Below are positions 15,001 through 28,095 of a stretch of 64,000 nt of DNA, piece by piece. The translations under genes were made by a program, and so were the position numbers. Position 1 is the first letter of the stretch, and each line of letters begins with the position of its first letter. The DNA is taken from assembly GCF_009914755.1 (NCBI RefSeq), contig NC_060932.1; one strand, written 5' to 3'. Source of the DNA: the human T2T-CHM13v2.0 reference genome, Homo sapiens. Under the pieces are notes generated by a model. It was given only the letters and a program-made list of their open reading frames with translations. It ran no database searches and had not been told where the DNA came from.

Positions 15001-17387
15001 TTGGGATTATCTGTGATACCCCTCTATCTCATTAGTCATTAGTAATGACCACTAAGATGTCACCTTCAGTGGGATAATGTTACCAACATAAAAAATCCAT
15101 ACACTGATATATTCACAGTGATTCATTTGTAATCAGTAGTGGAGACAGGTATAACTTGTCTTATTTGTCTATTTAGAGTCATTAGAGTCATACTGGAATG
15201 AGCTATTTTTAATAGAATAGGGCTTTCTCTTTTTAAGACTTACAGCACCAGTGCGAGCTAGACTGAGATCATGTTTAAAAATAGCATAAGCTTCCAAATG
15301 TGATTCCAGTATTAAATGGACCTCCAAAATGTTGAGACGGTTCTTTCACATAAACACTCTAAACAATTGGCTAAAGAATAGGAAAAACAAATGGACAAAA
15401 TGGAATAAAATGGAAAATGCCATAATACTTGACTATAATATAATATATATATAATAGAATACATATATTTGAACGTATGCTTCAATGTATGATTGAAGTA
15501 TACATTGTATTTATATATAATATATGTATATGTGTATACTTAGCTGGTGTTTTTGATATTTGGGATGTCAGATTGAAGCAGCAATGTAATAATGTTATAA
15601 ATGATGTTATAAATAAATAATGCTATTCATTTACTTTAGCTGGTGTTTTAGGTATTTGGGAAGTCAGTTGGAGCAGCAGAAATGGCAGAGTTTGCAGCTG
15701 AGATGGCCTCTCATGACTGAGTTTTTTCCCAAAATGATGTTGAATTCCCTAGATTTATCCTAATGGAGATTCGTGCTCTCCTCAGGTATTTCCATAAATG
15801 TTTCCTCCCTCACAGGTGCTTGAGATAGATCAAAGTGCAAATGAGAACCAGAGTTCCTTCTGAACTGAGTCTCTGATGATAGGATCTTGCTTGACAGTTT
15901 GGGGGTTCTGGTGAAAATTATAATGAGAGGGTCAGGTAGCCCTTTGTAAATTGCATTTGAATGGGCTGGGGGAAGTCACAAATCCTCTTAAGCTCATCAT
16001 TTGGTTTATGATCAGAAGACTCTTCTTTAGGACTTGTCTTTTATCTGTGTTCCCAGTAAAATCCTACTTTTCTTGCAGATCCTATCACTTCATGGATTGT
16101 CATAAAACTTGGTATTCATTAATCAGTTTGTCACAGCAAATAATTCTTCCCAGCAAGACTGCAGGCTGAAGGTGTACTGTCTAGAAACATCCAGTTTTGT
16201 TGAGTCAAAACCATTTCAGGTCTTAGGGATCATACGCTCAAATCTCAAAAGACCCTTTAAAGCATCCTTACAGACACTGCAAATCAGCTTACATAGTTAC
16301 AGCACTGGAGTGATCTATTTCGTTGTTAGATCCTCCTAATTCACTCTTTCTCAAAAATGTGTTTCAAGAAGCACAAGAATGATGAGATGTTTCATTACAA
16401 AGTGGTTCTGTGGACCAATCAGTTTAGAAAATGTAGATCCATTATTTGTTTACTGCCATTTCTCCTTACCTTAATTTTGTCTCTTTTGTTCATGTCTTTG
16501 TCCCCAGGGCCTATGACAATGCCTGATACTTTGTAGTCACTTAAGTACTTTGTAACCACAATAAATGTGTTTACTGAATGAAAAATTTCTTATATCTTCC
16601 TATCTCAATACACTTTATTGAGATAAAGGCACTGATAAGTTCCACAGAAATAAGACTTTTAAACTCTGCATCTTCCAAACTTTTTTGACCACAAATCCCC
16701 CTTTTCTTGAATTGCCTCTATATGTTTCATGGAATGCTATTTGGGAAACAGTGCTTTAAAGTTCTTCCCTGCTTTTATTCAGAATTTCCACACACTAGAC
16801 CTGTTTCCGATTTCTGAACAAGATCTACATCCATCTCCCTTCATGTGGCTGCTTTCCAGTGTCCTTAGCTTTCTTCACCAGGCACATGAAATGTATTTCC
16901 CCAGTTGTTCCATAGGTGATATAGTTTCTACATATTGCATAATTCTTCTTAGTTTGTCCTTGCCTTGTGGGTACTACTTCACAGAGTATCAGACCCAGTG
17001 CACGTGGCATCTGACCTTGTGGTGGAACATGGACACCTAACATAATCTGACCTATTAAGTAATTACTCATTTTATGCATTGAAACATGTAGCATCTAGGC
17101 ATGTATCCTACTGCTACTATAAAAAACAAATAAGACATCACCTCCTCCAGTAAGCCTACTCTGAGGCTGCAATTGTCCTTATCACCATTACTATGATTCA
17201 TTGTAATTGCCTAATTAGGTGATTGTTTCTCTAGACTATGATCTCCTTGAGGCCAGGCACTGTGTTTTATCTATAACTGAGTCTCCGGCACCTGGTATAT
17301 CTGCTAGGTTCATAATAAGTGTATATGAAAGGAAGGAATGGATGAGTGGATAGACGAAAGGTCAAGTGCCTTTATAAGAAGATTGTC

Positions 17388-17609
17388 GAACACATGGACA
17401 CAGGGTGGGGAACATCACACACCGGGGCCTGTTGTGGGGTCGGGGGAGGGGGGAGGGATAGCATTTGGAGATATACCTAATGTAAATGACGAGTTAATGG
17501 GTGCAGCACACCAACATGGCACATGTATACATATGTAACTAACCTGCACGTTGTGCACATGTACCCTAAAACTTAAAGTATAATAAAACATAAAACTAAA
17601 AATAAAAAA
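17388..17609 (+). mobile_element. 5'-truncated L1PA (approximately PA4/PA5) 3' UTR
   Basis: G-rich tract, GATATACCTAATGTAAATGACGAG, A tail; perfect 14-bp TSD ATAAGAAGATTGTC (17374-17387 and 17610-17623). Confidence 0.93.
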
Positions 17610-20600
17610 ATAAGAAGATTGTCCCTAGGGCAGTGTTTCTGGTCTTTCACTGCAAAAGTCCCTTTAGTTTTTTTCTGTTCTCTCCCAAATGGACTTCAAA
17701 TTTTGGAAAGATTCTGTTTACCAAACTGTATTAAATAAGAAGTAGTTTATTTTCCTGCTATTTGATCAAATGCCTAGTTTTTCTCAGCATGAGATAAAAG
17801 GCACTACCAATGCAGTTAATATTCCAGCCAAGAGCAAGGGCCTTTAAAGGCAGCCTAGTGACGCTTGTCAATGTGAGGTTTTATTCAGACTTTTGGGACC
17901 CAGAGAATGTCACTCCCATTACTACTTCCCAGTGCTGGCTGCTAGAGCACCAGAGACCACAGGCTGGCAAGGGGTAACCTTGAGCCTTTTCTGGGACCAG
18001 CACCTGGGCTAACTTCAGTTTGTGTGTTCTCCATGAGCCAGTTGTGGAAGGAGGTTAAGGTCACTAGTGAAAGCACTTTATTCTTTATTAGCTCCTGGAC
18101 AAGGCAGATGTGGTAGTCTTTGGATTTAGCTATAGTAGTTGTGACTGAGGTCTCACAGTGTGGGCCAACTCATTGCTGATATGGAAAAGACCTAGCGAGA
18201 ACGCCAGGCTCAGCAATCTCAAGGCACAGCTGTACAGCTTCTGTCTTTCATGCTGAGATGTCCTAACCTTTCCCAAAGACTCTGCTTATTTTCAGTTTCA
18301 GGCTGGAATCTTCATTCAGAAGTAGGTAGGGCCAGTAGTTTCCCCAACCTATTCTGGGAGCACGCTTCCATTACCCCTGTGGCAGCATGTTTCTGTGCCT
18401 AACTTGGAAGCCTCTGTACCTCTATTTTAAACCTGATGCCTGCAGCCTTTGGGTTGTGGAAAAGGCAGAGGTTCCACCTTTCAGTTCTTATGAACTTCCT
18501 ATGTCCTACAAGACACAGGAAAAACAGTGAGCCTAAGTAAGAGTACCTCAACAGTGCACATTACAGCGATTCTTTCTCTACTGTTTGTTAAAATGCCAAC
18601 CCAACCCCTGGAAGAGAAGGCTTCTACTTTAAAAAGAGTCATTTTGTGTTCTTTTTTTGACAGATTATAATAATATACAATTATGTGGTACATTGTGATA
18701 TGATATACGAATATGTTGTACAATGATTAGATTAATCTAGTTAATATACCCATCATCTTAAATACTTATCATTTATTCTTCTTAAGAAAGCTCATACCTT
18801 GGGAAAGCTTCAAGGTGATCTAGTCTACAATGGTTTGCATTGAGGACCTCAGGGAGGAGAATGCTTGTTATGTTTGAAAATGGCACAATTTTTTTCCCTC
18901 AAATCTGGGAATGGGGAGATATGAGATGAAATATTTTCCTAGTAAGAAAATGCTAAGTGGTATTTGAGTAAACATTGACTTGGGGAGCCCTTGATAAAAT
19001 ATCCACATGAGATCTCCAAGACCCTGTCTTATAACAAGTTTTCCTTCTTATGGGAGTGGAGGTGCTAGTGAATAGGAACATTTCCCATAAGCAAGGTATC
19101 TTAGTTAAGATTGTTGCAACTTTTCTTGTCTATACTAAGAGAAAATGAAACAGTACAGCCAAATGATCTGTTTGATGCTTTTTTAGTTAGAAATCATGCT
19201 TACTTTTCCTTTTATTTTTTGAATATTTATGTCACTGTAATCTGTTTTCCAAGAAAAGCAAATGAATGTTTAACGAGATCTTATTGTGGGAGAAGGTCTG
19301 TGGGATTCTGCTATGGAAAGCGGTTTAAATAATTTTCATAATAGTCTCATAGCTTCTGCCCCAGGAAACGATATAACAGGGGTCAGAATGTCCATTCTGT
19401 TGCAATAATAGCCTAGACATTTCTATAAGCCTACTGTAGGATTTCAGCACCCCTCTGTTGTCTGGTTTCCCAGTTATGAGTAAACAATGTCAGTCTGGGG
19501 CTCAGGTCATTTGGGAAATCGTTGCTTCCCATCTTTAGGCAGAATTGGAAGTTTCCGACTATTGTCTGGATGCTAACTTTGATAGGGATGAAGGGATCTG
19601 TGACATCCTTTGATTGACTTTTGTTCCTCGGTGTCCTGAAATTTCAGTCTATGATGAAGAAAATAAAACAATGACAAGGCAGGTGCCCTGACTCTGGCTG
19701 ATACCACACTAGGCACTTACTCATTTGCTACTCATTGGAACCCCACAACCTCACTCTTGGCCTTTCAACTAATATTGGTAAACTGGAGCATGAAAACAGT
19801 TTAATCATTTGGGGGTTTAGGTCCCAGGATATCCAAGCACAATCCTGGGCTGTCTTCCTGGTGTGCTTTGCCTGGCATTAAATGCCTCACCTCTTGCTTC
19901 AGTTCAACCTACTCCTGGGTCATGGCTTTAGACACAGATGTACTCTCCTGGTTCTCTTGAGATGTGATGTGGGCAAGTGGTCCGCTGTGGCTTCTCTCCA
20001 GGTTCAACCACAATTCCCCGTGATTGGGCAGAGTTCTCAGGATAAGAAGACTGAGACCTCACAGAGGGAATTACCAACATTCTAGATTTTGTCCCTTAGA
20101 CCTGGCCTAAGGAATCCAGCCAGGTTAACTTGGGTCAAGTGGGGTCTGACAATGATTCCCTCCTGCCTGAGAAGCTTACCTGACTCTATTCCACCAATCT
20201 ATTAGCTAATCCTAGATGCTTGCCTCTGATATTATTCTTTGAGCTCCTTAAAAAGAAGATTCTCATCTCAGTTTGGGAAATGTGATTATGTCTGAGACAT
20301 TACACACTTGGGTCATTTTTATAAAATCAAAAAATGTTGTTAAACTTCTGCAGAATTGGCGGAAACAGAACTTGGCACACTCATTTAGATCCGACCACTT
20401 TGACGCCACATGATTTGAGGCAAATTGTCAATTGAATTGAATTTTTAGCTTTTTAAGTATCACATCCGTAGTAATGTGTGGAACAGATATGCAAACTCCA
20501 GCACGGACTTCATCTCGAGATTAGGGATGGTGTAAGTGCTGGGATAAGGTACGATCTAGGAATGGAGGCAAGATTTCTGCCAGGATTCACATGGGACTCA

Positions 20601-20891
20601 CAAGTAGGGGAGAGAGAAACTGAAACATTGGTGGTTTGTTCATAGGGCCACAGGGTAGGTGTGAATTGAAATATCTCTTAGCACTGAATTAGCTGGGTTG
20701 AAATGTCATTGGCTGTAGTTGGTGAGATGACCACTATCCCATTGACTGAATGACCTTGGGTTGGCAACCTGGAGAATTTTAGCTCAGGAAATGAATAAAC
20801 AAACATATATCCAGACCTAAGTTACTCCATTTTCTTGTGAACATCAAAGATGTGGATTTTTTAGAGGTGTCAATACCATGGGGAGAAGAAG

Positions 20892-21128
20892 GTGTGTGTG
20901 TGTGTGTGTGTGTGCATGTTTATATGTGTGTGTGTGCATGTTTATGTGTGTGTTTGTGGGTGTGCAAGTTTATGTGTGTGTGCATGTTTATGTGTGTGTG
21001 TTTGTGGGTGTGCATGTTTGTGTGTGTGCATGTTTATGCGTGTGTGTGTTTGTGGGTGTGCATGTTTGTGTGTTTTGGGGTGTGCATGTTTATGTGTGTG
21101 TTTGCGGGTGTGCATGTTTGTGTGTGTG
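20892..21128. repeat. (TG)-rich compound repeat with recurring GTGTGCATGTTT units
   Basis: Directly visible. Confidence 0.95.
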
Positions 21129-24100
21129 GTTGTCGTTGTGTTTTCTTAATAGAAATTTTGAGAAAATTGAAATAGAATTATTTAAATGTTTAGCTTTGAA
21201 GGTTCAGAAGTAACTTTTAATTTAGGCAGATGAAAAACTTACACATCTTGGGTTGCTGATAAATTGCTCATGTTTGGTGTTTTAAATTTCTCAGTATGAG
21301 TTTTTTCAGACCACTCTTATACAATTTACTAATCACATGTAGTTATTGATGCTTTCCTTAATTTAATTCCAATGGAGCAACAAATTACTGACCTTCAAGA
21401 ATCCAGCATCTCTTACTTTTCACCAGTTGTGTCAGGGCAAAACTGGGAAAAGAAGAAACGGTCTATGTTAGAGCTACATTGCTACCTCTTTGGGGTTGTG
21501 CCTGCTACTTCCTTTTACCCTAACTTTCCCAACACACACATTTCTATAAGAATGGTGTAATTGGTTTAGCTTTTCTGGTTTTTTATTATCCCGTGTGTTT
21601 ATTTCCAGGCTTATCACTTATGAGTGGTCCTGTGTTTAAGTTTTCCCCAGACATGAAGTCCAGAGTGGGTGATACTTCATACAATGTATCCAAAGTCCTT
21701 ACTATCTCACAGTGTGACATGATTCTTTAGGGGACTAAAGGTAACATAAAAGTCACACAGTGGGAAGAGACACTGCCAAATCTAGTGGTGCATAACCTGA
21801 AATTCACAACAGTAGTTTGGGAATCCTTGAGATAGAAGAGGACCTTGCAAAAACTTCCATCCATACTGTATGCTTACTGAAGATAAGCCACTGTAAGTCT
21901 CTTTTGACACAAGGGGAAGTAAAAAGAAGTACATATATAAGTACCGTGGCTGTTCAGGCCAACAAAAATATCCGTTATCTTTTCTCTGGCTAGAATTCAG
22001 TCACCTTAGAATGGGAAGACCCATGTGTTTGTGTAGAGCAGGAAAACTGGTGGGTCAGGGCACATATAAAATTACTTGAAAAATGGGAATAAAAATTCAC
22101 TCACATCAAATGCAATTTTGCTTGGAAAGAAAAACCTTCCTCGATATGAACTGCGCTGTGTCAAACAATAAAAGTTATACTTGGTGGCAAAGAGATGAGA
22201 GCAATCCTGGTGTAGCTCAATGAAGAGATTTTACACTGAAGGATCTGAGCCCAGTCCTTGGCAAAGTGAACACCAAGAATGATAGAAAATAAATCCCACT
22301 TCTTTGTTTTCAAATTGAGGAAATAAGTCAGGGGAAAAGAATCCAGATTTTTGCTTTTACTCTTCCTACCTATCTTCTCATATTTAAAATATCATACATT
22401 TCCACCTTGACATATTTAAAGTGCTATACATTTATTGGGTCTTGTTTGTCAGCCCTCAGTTTTATGACTCCCCAAACAATGACTCAATATCTCATAAAAG
22501 AAGAGTCCAATTCGTTTGTGTAGAAAAGTTTTAGCAGGTTATCAGCAATGGGAGTAACCGTGGCTGCATGATGTATGCTTGACAACCTAAATGTGTATTT
22601 TTCATGTCTGTGGTTCTACATAAGCCTCAGTCCTATCTCTACCTTTATCTCTTCTTCCTTAGTCTACCCCAGGAACTTCAGAGAAAGGAAGGATGATGAG
22701 TCAAAGCAAATGGATCCAATTGCCTACTTAATCCATTCAATGTTCTCTGGAAGGCTTCAAATCCACTTGTCTTTTGAAACAGAGTGAAAAAGCAGACCCC
22801 ACTAATGATTCTCCCTGGCTGAACTCAGCAGCTATCCTCAGATTCAGAGCTCAGGACAGCCTGGGGAGTTTTATTGTCAGAAAAAGCCATGTTACTGGAA
22901 GAATGCAGCTTGACTTCAGGAAAATTTCCAAAGATTTCCATGTTCTTGACCCTAAGTCTGCAGATGTCTTATCTAATAAGCATCAAAACTTAATCTGATG
23001 TTAAAATGGTTAAAAAAATTACCTGTGGGGAAAAATATGCCTGTGATTCTCTGCATATTTATATTGAATATGGACAATTAGATGTCCTGTAACTTATCAC
23101 AGAAGCAGTTACCTCTGAAAACACACCTTTCTAAAGATCAAGATTCAATATTTCAGGTGTTTTTAGGGGGAGGAATTTCAGGTCAGAATTCCCTGTAGGG
23201 AAAGAGAAATCTGTGCTTTGGTCTTGAGCAAAGAAACTCAGGCTGAGATGGTGGACTTGCTTTTTCTCCCGTTCTAAGGTCTTGTTCCCTCATTCTTGGC
23301 TTAATTCCTGCTTGCCTGTAGATCTCAGCTTAAGGTATTTCCTGATTAACTCAGATCAATTTTCCCTCATCTACTACTCTACTACTCTGTCCTGCCATAA
23401 TTGTAACAATGTTCACAGTGAGCCTGCTGACCTCTTAGTAGCACCATCAAACTAAGCTCCGGAGTGCTTGCCCCACCTTCGTCTCTATCCCCAGATCCTA
23501 GAACTTTACTGGCAAATTGTAGTTTCTCAGTAAGCTGTTGATAAATGCATGGCTGAATGAATGAATGAACAAATAAGCATCTTGATAGGATTGCCTTTCT
23601 TAAGCTGAATGATAAAAGTAAGATGAGTTTGAATTTAAAAAATGCATTTTTTTGCACGCCTTCATATTCACAAAAAAGAGGCTTGCCCCTTAGTTTGAAT
23701 CCACCCTTTAGGGGCAGAAAGAAGAAGGAAAGAAATCAAATCCCAGGGAACAATATCACTCAATAAGAGAACATAATGACCATGGTGAAAACAGGACCTT
23801 GAAAGCAGGCAAAGTGTGATGATGTCTGTAATGATGTTTGGGTGTTTATCTACACAAAATCATAAGTTATGCTTAGAGAAAAGGGTAAATCTCATTCCCT
23901 AGTTAGGTAAGATTTTACCTCAAATACTTTTTAATTTTTTTTTCTTTAACTCCTGTTGCTGAATTTGGTATTCATGTTTTAAGACGGTTCACCAGGATAA
24001 GTGTAGCTGTTACCCTACAGTAAGATAACTGTAAACAGTGGATGTCCCCATGGCTTCCTGGTAAATTATTTATGGATGGTAGAATTCTGAAGTGTATGTG

Positions 24101-24899
24101 GCTCACCAGTATGGCCACAGTCTTGGAGCCTGTGTCTGAGGTAGGGAAACTGAATAGGGCAATGTCAGAGCTGAAAGGAATTGTTGGATCATCCAGTCCA
24201 GTTTTGCTATTGTTCAAATGAGGACACCGAGCCTTGGAGGGGAGAAGTGGTTGCCCAAGGTCTCTTAGTAGCAACTGGACAAATCTGACTCCAACTCAGT
24301 TCTGCTTAGTTTCTATTCAGGCCCTTCCACTATCATATGTGCAAATTTCAATTCCTGCAGAGATTTACTCAAAGATCACAAGACTCACAGTCTACAGAAT
24401 TAACCAGTTCACTCTGAGGAGCCTGAGGCTCAGCATTGGATCCACAAGGAGGTTTCAATCAGGACGGCAATCAGATGAGAATTCTTCCTTTTCTTCTAAT
24501 AAATACAGAGAACAAGATCTAAGAAAAGTCCCAGCTGGAATTGGTGAAGATATAGTAACCTAAATATATTCTTTGACCATGTTCACCAGCCCAGCCAGCC
24601 CCCACTGACTTCACATTTCCTTTTCTTCTGGTATCAACATTTGCCAACTCAAGTGGGACTAAATCAAATTGTTGTTTGTTTGTTTTTACTACTAGGCACA
24701 TGTGAGAGGCTGCCTAGTGTTGCCTTGTTCCAGGCAAACAATCATCATGCGAGGACACTCAGGCAATGAGATCCTTCTTGGTTGGGTAGGATTTCCAAAA
24801 TTTAGCTGGAGCAGAATCTGGTCATTTCCTGATGTTTTCATTTAAAATTTCTAAATAGCCGTGGTGAGCAAGTGACCCACATATATGAGAGGGTGAATA

Positions 24900-26380
24900 C
24901 ATGTACACACACATACACACCTCACACATACATACACATATACATACACACCACACACATACACACACACACCACACACATATACATACGTACCCCACAC
25001 ATACATACACATATACATACACACCACACACACACATATATACACACTACACACACACCCCACACACACATACACATATACATACACACCACACACACAT
25101 ATATACACACTACACACACACCACACATACATACACATATACACACATCACACACACATATATATATACACCACACACACACACCACACCACACATACAT
25201 ACACATATACATACACACCACACACACATACACATACACACCACACACATACATACACACCACACACACATACACATACACACCACACACATACATACAC
25301 ACCACACACACATACACATATACATACACACCACACACATATACACACAACAAACACACCACACATACACATATACATACACACCACACACACATATATA
25401 CACACTACACACACACACCACACCACACATACATATACATATACACACATATACATACACACCATACACACACATATATACACACTACACACACACACCA
25501 CACACACATACACATATACATACACATCACACATATATACACACTACACACACACACCACACCACACATACATACACATATACATACACACCACACACAT
25601 ATATATAAACACTACACACAGACACACCACACCACACATACATACACATATATATACACAGCACACACACATATATACACACTACACACAGACACACCAC
25701 ACCACACATACATACACATATACATACCACACACATATACACACTACACACATACACCACATCACACATACCTACACGTATACACACATCACACACATAC
25801 ACACCATGCACACATATCATACATATATACACATACCACACATACATACACCACACACACACCACATTCCTACCACACATAGACATATACTTGTACACAA
25901 CACACACAGCCACACATGGAAAGCAAATATGCTTCATTGCCTGGAATACAGATAAACATCCACGAGGTCACCAACACTGACAGGAGTAGAGAGCTTTACA
26001 CATGTTTATACACACCCCACACCTATACACATCACACACACATATACACACCACTCACATACACACACCTCACATCATATGCACATACACACATCACACA
26101 CATACAACACATGCAACATATACATACATACCACACATACATCCATATATACACACATCTCACACACACCATACCACACATATATACATATATCACACCA
26201 CATACACAGCAAACATACATAATACACATATAAACACCACACACATACACCACATACATACCGTACACACATATACATGCACACTACACATATACACACC
26301 ATGTACAAATACACATAACACACACCACACCACACCACACACATATTCACACACACTACACACACAACACACATAAATAC
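24900..26380. repeat. Approximately 1.5-kb (CA/TA)-rich VNTR-like low-complexity tract (UG-rich in the ADCY8 pre-mRNA), interrupted by a unique island at approximately 25916-25997
   Basis: Recurring blocks such as CACATATATACACACTACACACACACCAC. Confidence 0.95.
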
Positions 26381-26388
26381 TCACTCAC

Positions 26389-26409
26389 CTTCTGAGACTG
26401 ACAGATGAC
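26389..26409 (-). other. Candidate 21-nt cryptic/micro exon (GTCATCTGTCAGTCTCAGAAG = VICQSQK)
   Basis: Acceptor catcttctaccttgttttcAG, donor AAG|GTGAGT; in frame in a phase-0 intron; no expression evidence available. Confidence 0.55.
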
Positions 26410-26464
26410 CTGAAAACAAGGTAGAAGATGACACCCAGCATATATCTTCAGGCCACAAAGACGG

Positions 26465-26685
26465 AAGCAGTGTGAACTGATGGAAAGCATGGGGCTTTTT
26501 GAGTCAGATATATGGGGCTCTAATTCCATCTCTGTTATTTACCAGCTATGTGTCCTTCAGGGAATTAATCAATTCTCTCTGAATCCCAATTTTCCCATTT
26601 GTGAAGTAGGCACATCACACTTACCCTGTAAGGTTGGTGTGAGAATTAGGTGGAAAAACATGGGCACACCACTCCCGACATGCTA
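26465..26685 (+). mobile_element. MIR
   Basis: gagtcagat..ggctctaattccatctctg..agctatgtgtccttc..ctctgaatcccaattttcccatttgtgaa. Confidence 0.7.
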
Positions 26686-27224
26686 CCTGTCCCAAAGCTC
26701 TCTACTCCTGTCAGTGTTGGTGACCTTGTGGATGTTTATCTATATTCCAGGCAATGAAGTGTGTTTGCTCTCCATTTGTTACATGGAGATAGAAATTCCA
26801 TCTGTGTTTATAATCCTCATGGGAAACACATTAATTTCAAGATAACAAAAATGCCTCAAATCAGTCTATTGCATAGAAATGACTAAAACATACAGTGGAG
26901 GTACCAGTTGTGTACTTTTCTCCATATGACTCTTTCAAAAGGCCTAGCGGAGTAACAGAAACATGCCTGGATTCTCAGGCTGTAATAAATGTGAAAGGGA
27001 TGGATGGGATGAAGATGATTCCACAACATACGGAAACAAATTCCAGGCTCTGAAAAGGGGCCTTGCTTCTCAAAGAGTAGCCTCAGTTCTCTTGGCATAT
27101 CACTTGTCATAAAAATCCAGTTAAAATGATTAATATCCTACACACAATACATTTTTATAGCTACATAAAAACCTTTGGTATCTTCTTGAAAATCTGAAGT
27201 CTAAGACGGATCTTTTTTCTGCTA

Positions 27225-28095
27225 AGTCTACTCTTGTCCCGACAGTCCATTCTTCACAGGCAGCCAAAGTGATCCCTTAAAAATCTAATTGAGATCACAT
27301 CACTGCCCCGCTTTTACCCTTTCTATCACTTCTGGAATAAAATACATCAACAAAGCTTGCAGGACGGAGGTCCCAGCCCCTTCAGCTCCATCTGTTACTC
27401 CTTTTCCCTGCTCACTATGCTCTAGCCACTTGGGACTTTTTGCTGTTCTAACACACTAAACTCCTTTCTACCTCAGGGTGTCTGCACTGCTTTTCCTCTG
27501 TTTAGAATGCTCTTTTCCTGCTTATTTGCATGAGAGTCCTTTTAGCACTCATATTAAATCTTTAGAGAGACTTTCTCTGACAATGCCTTCTGTATGCTAT
27601 ATACTCCCTGGTCATATCTCTCTATTTCCTTCATTACACTTATATGTTTTGATTAATTGTCTGCATTCCTCACTCCTTTGAAATGTAAGCTCCTGGGCTG
27701 GGTGCAGTGGCTCAAGCCTGTAATCCCAGAACTTTGGGAGTCTGAGGCGAGTGCATCATTTGAGGTCAGGAGTTCGTGACCAGCCTGGCCAACATGGTGA
27801 AATCCCATCTCTACTAAAAATACAAAAATTAGCCAAGGGTGCTGGCACGCGCCGGTAATCTCAGCTACCTAAGAGGCTGAGTTAGAAGAATCGCTGGAAC
27901 CCGGGAGGCGGAGGTTGCAGTGAGCCGAGATCGTGCCATTGCACTCCAGCCTGGGCGACAGAGTGAAATTCCATCTCAATAAAAAAAAAAAAGGAGAAAA
28001 GAAAAGAAACATAAGCTCCTGGAGGACAGGATTCATTCATTACTGGATCCTCAGTATGTAGTACACTTGAGTATCTGTTAAATAACAGAATGAAC
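27225..28095 (+). mobile_element. L2 3' region, interrupted by an Alu
   Basis: cagccaaagtgatcccttaaaa..gatcacatcactg; tgtaagctcctggaggacagg L2 terminus. Confidence 0.7.
27696..28005 (+). mobile_element. Alu (AluSx-like)
   Basis: Dimer; TSD GAAA(TG/CA)TAAGCTCCTG. Confidence 0.95.

Larger units (their letters stand above)
25916..26775. repeat. 82-bp inverted repeat: arms 25916-25997 and 26694-26775
   Basis: Hand alignment gives 76/82 identity, no gaps, all six differences transitions. Confidence 0.93.

Noticed and set aside
20837-21213. Val/Cys-rich ORFs
   Set aside because: Artefact of the TG repeat.
24872-26384. Long His/Thr/Tyr- or Val/Cys-rich ORFs (up to 336 aa)
   Set aside because: Translation of a stop-poor dinucleotide repeat; open in many frames on both strands.
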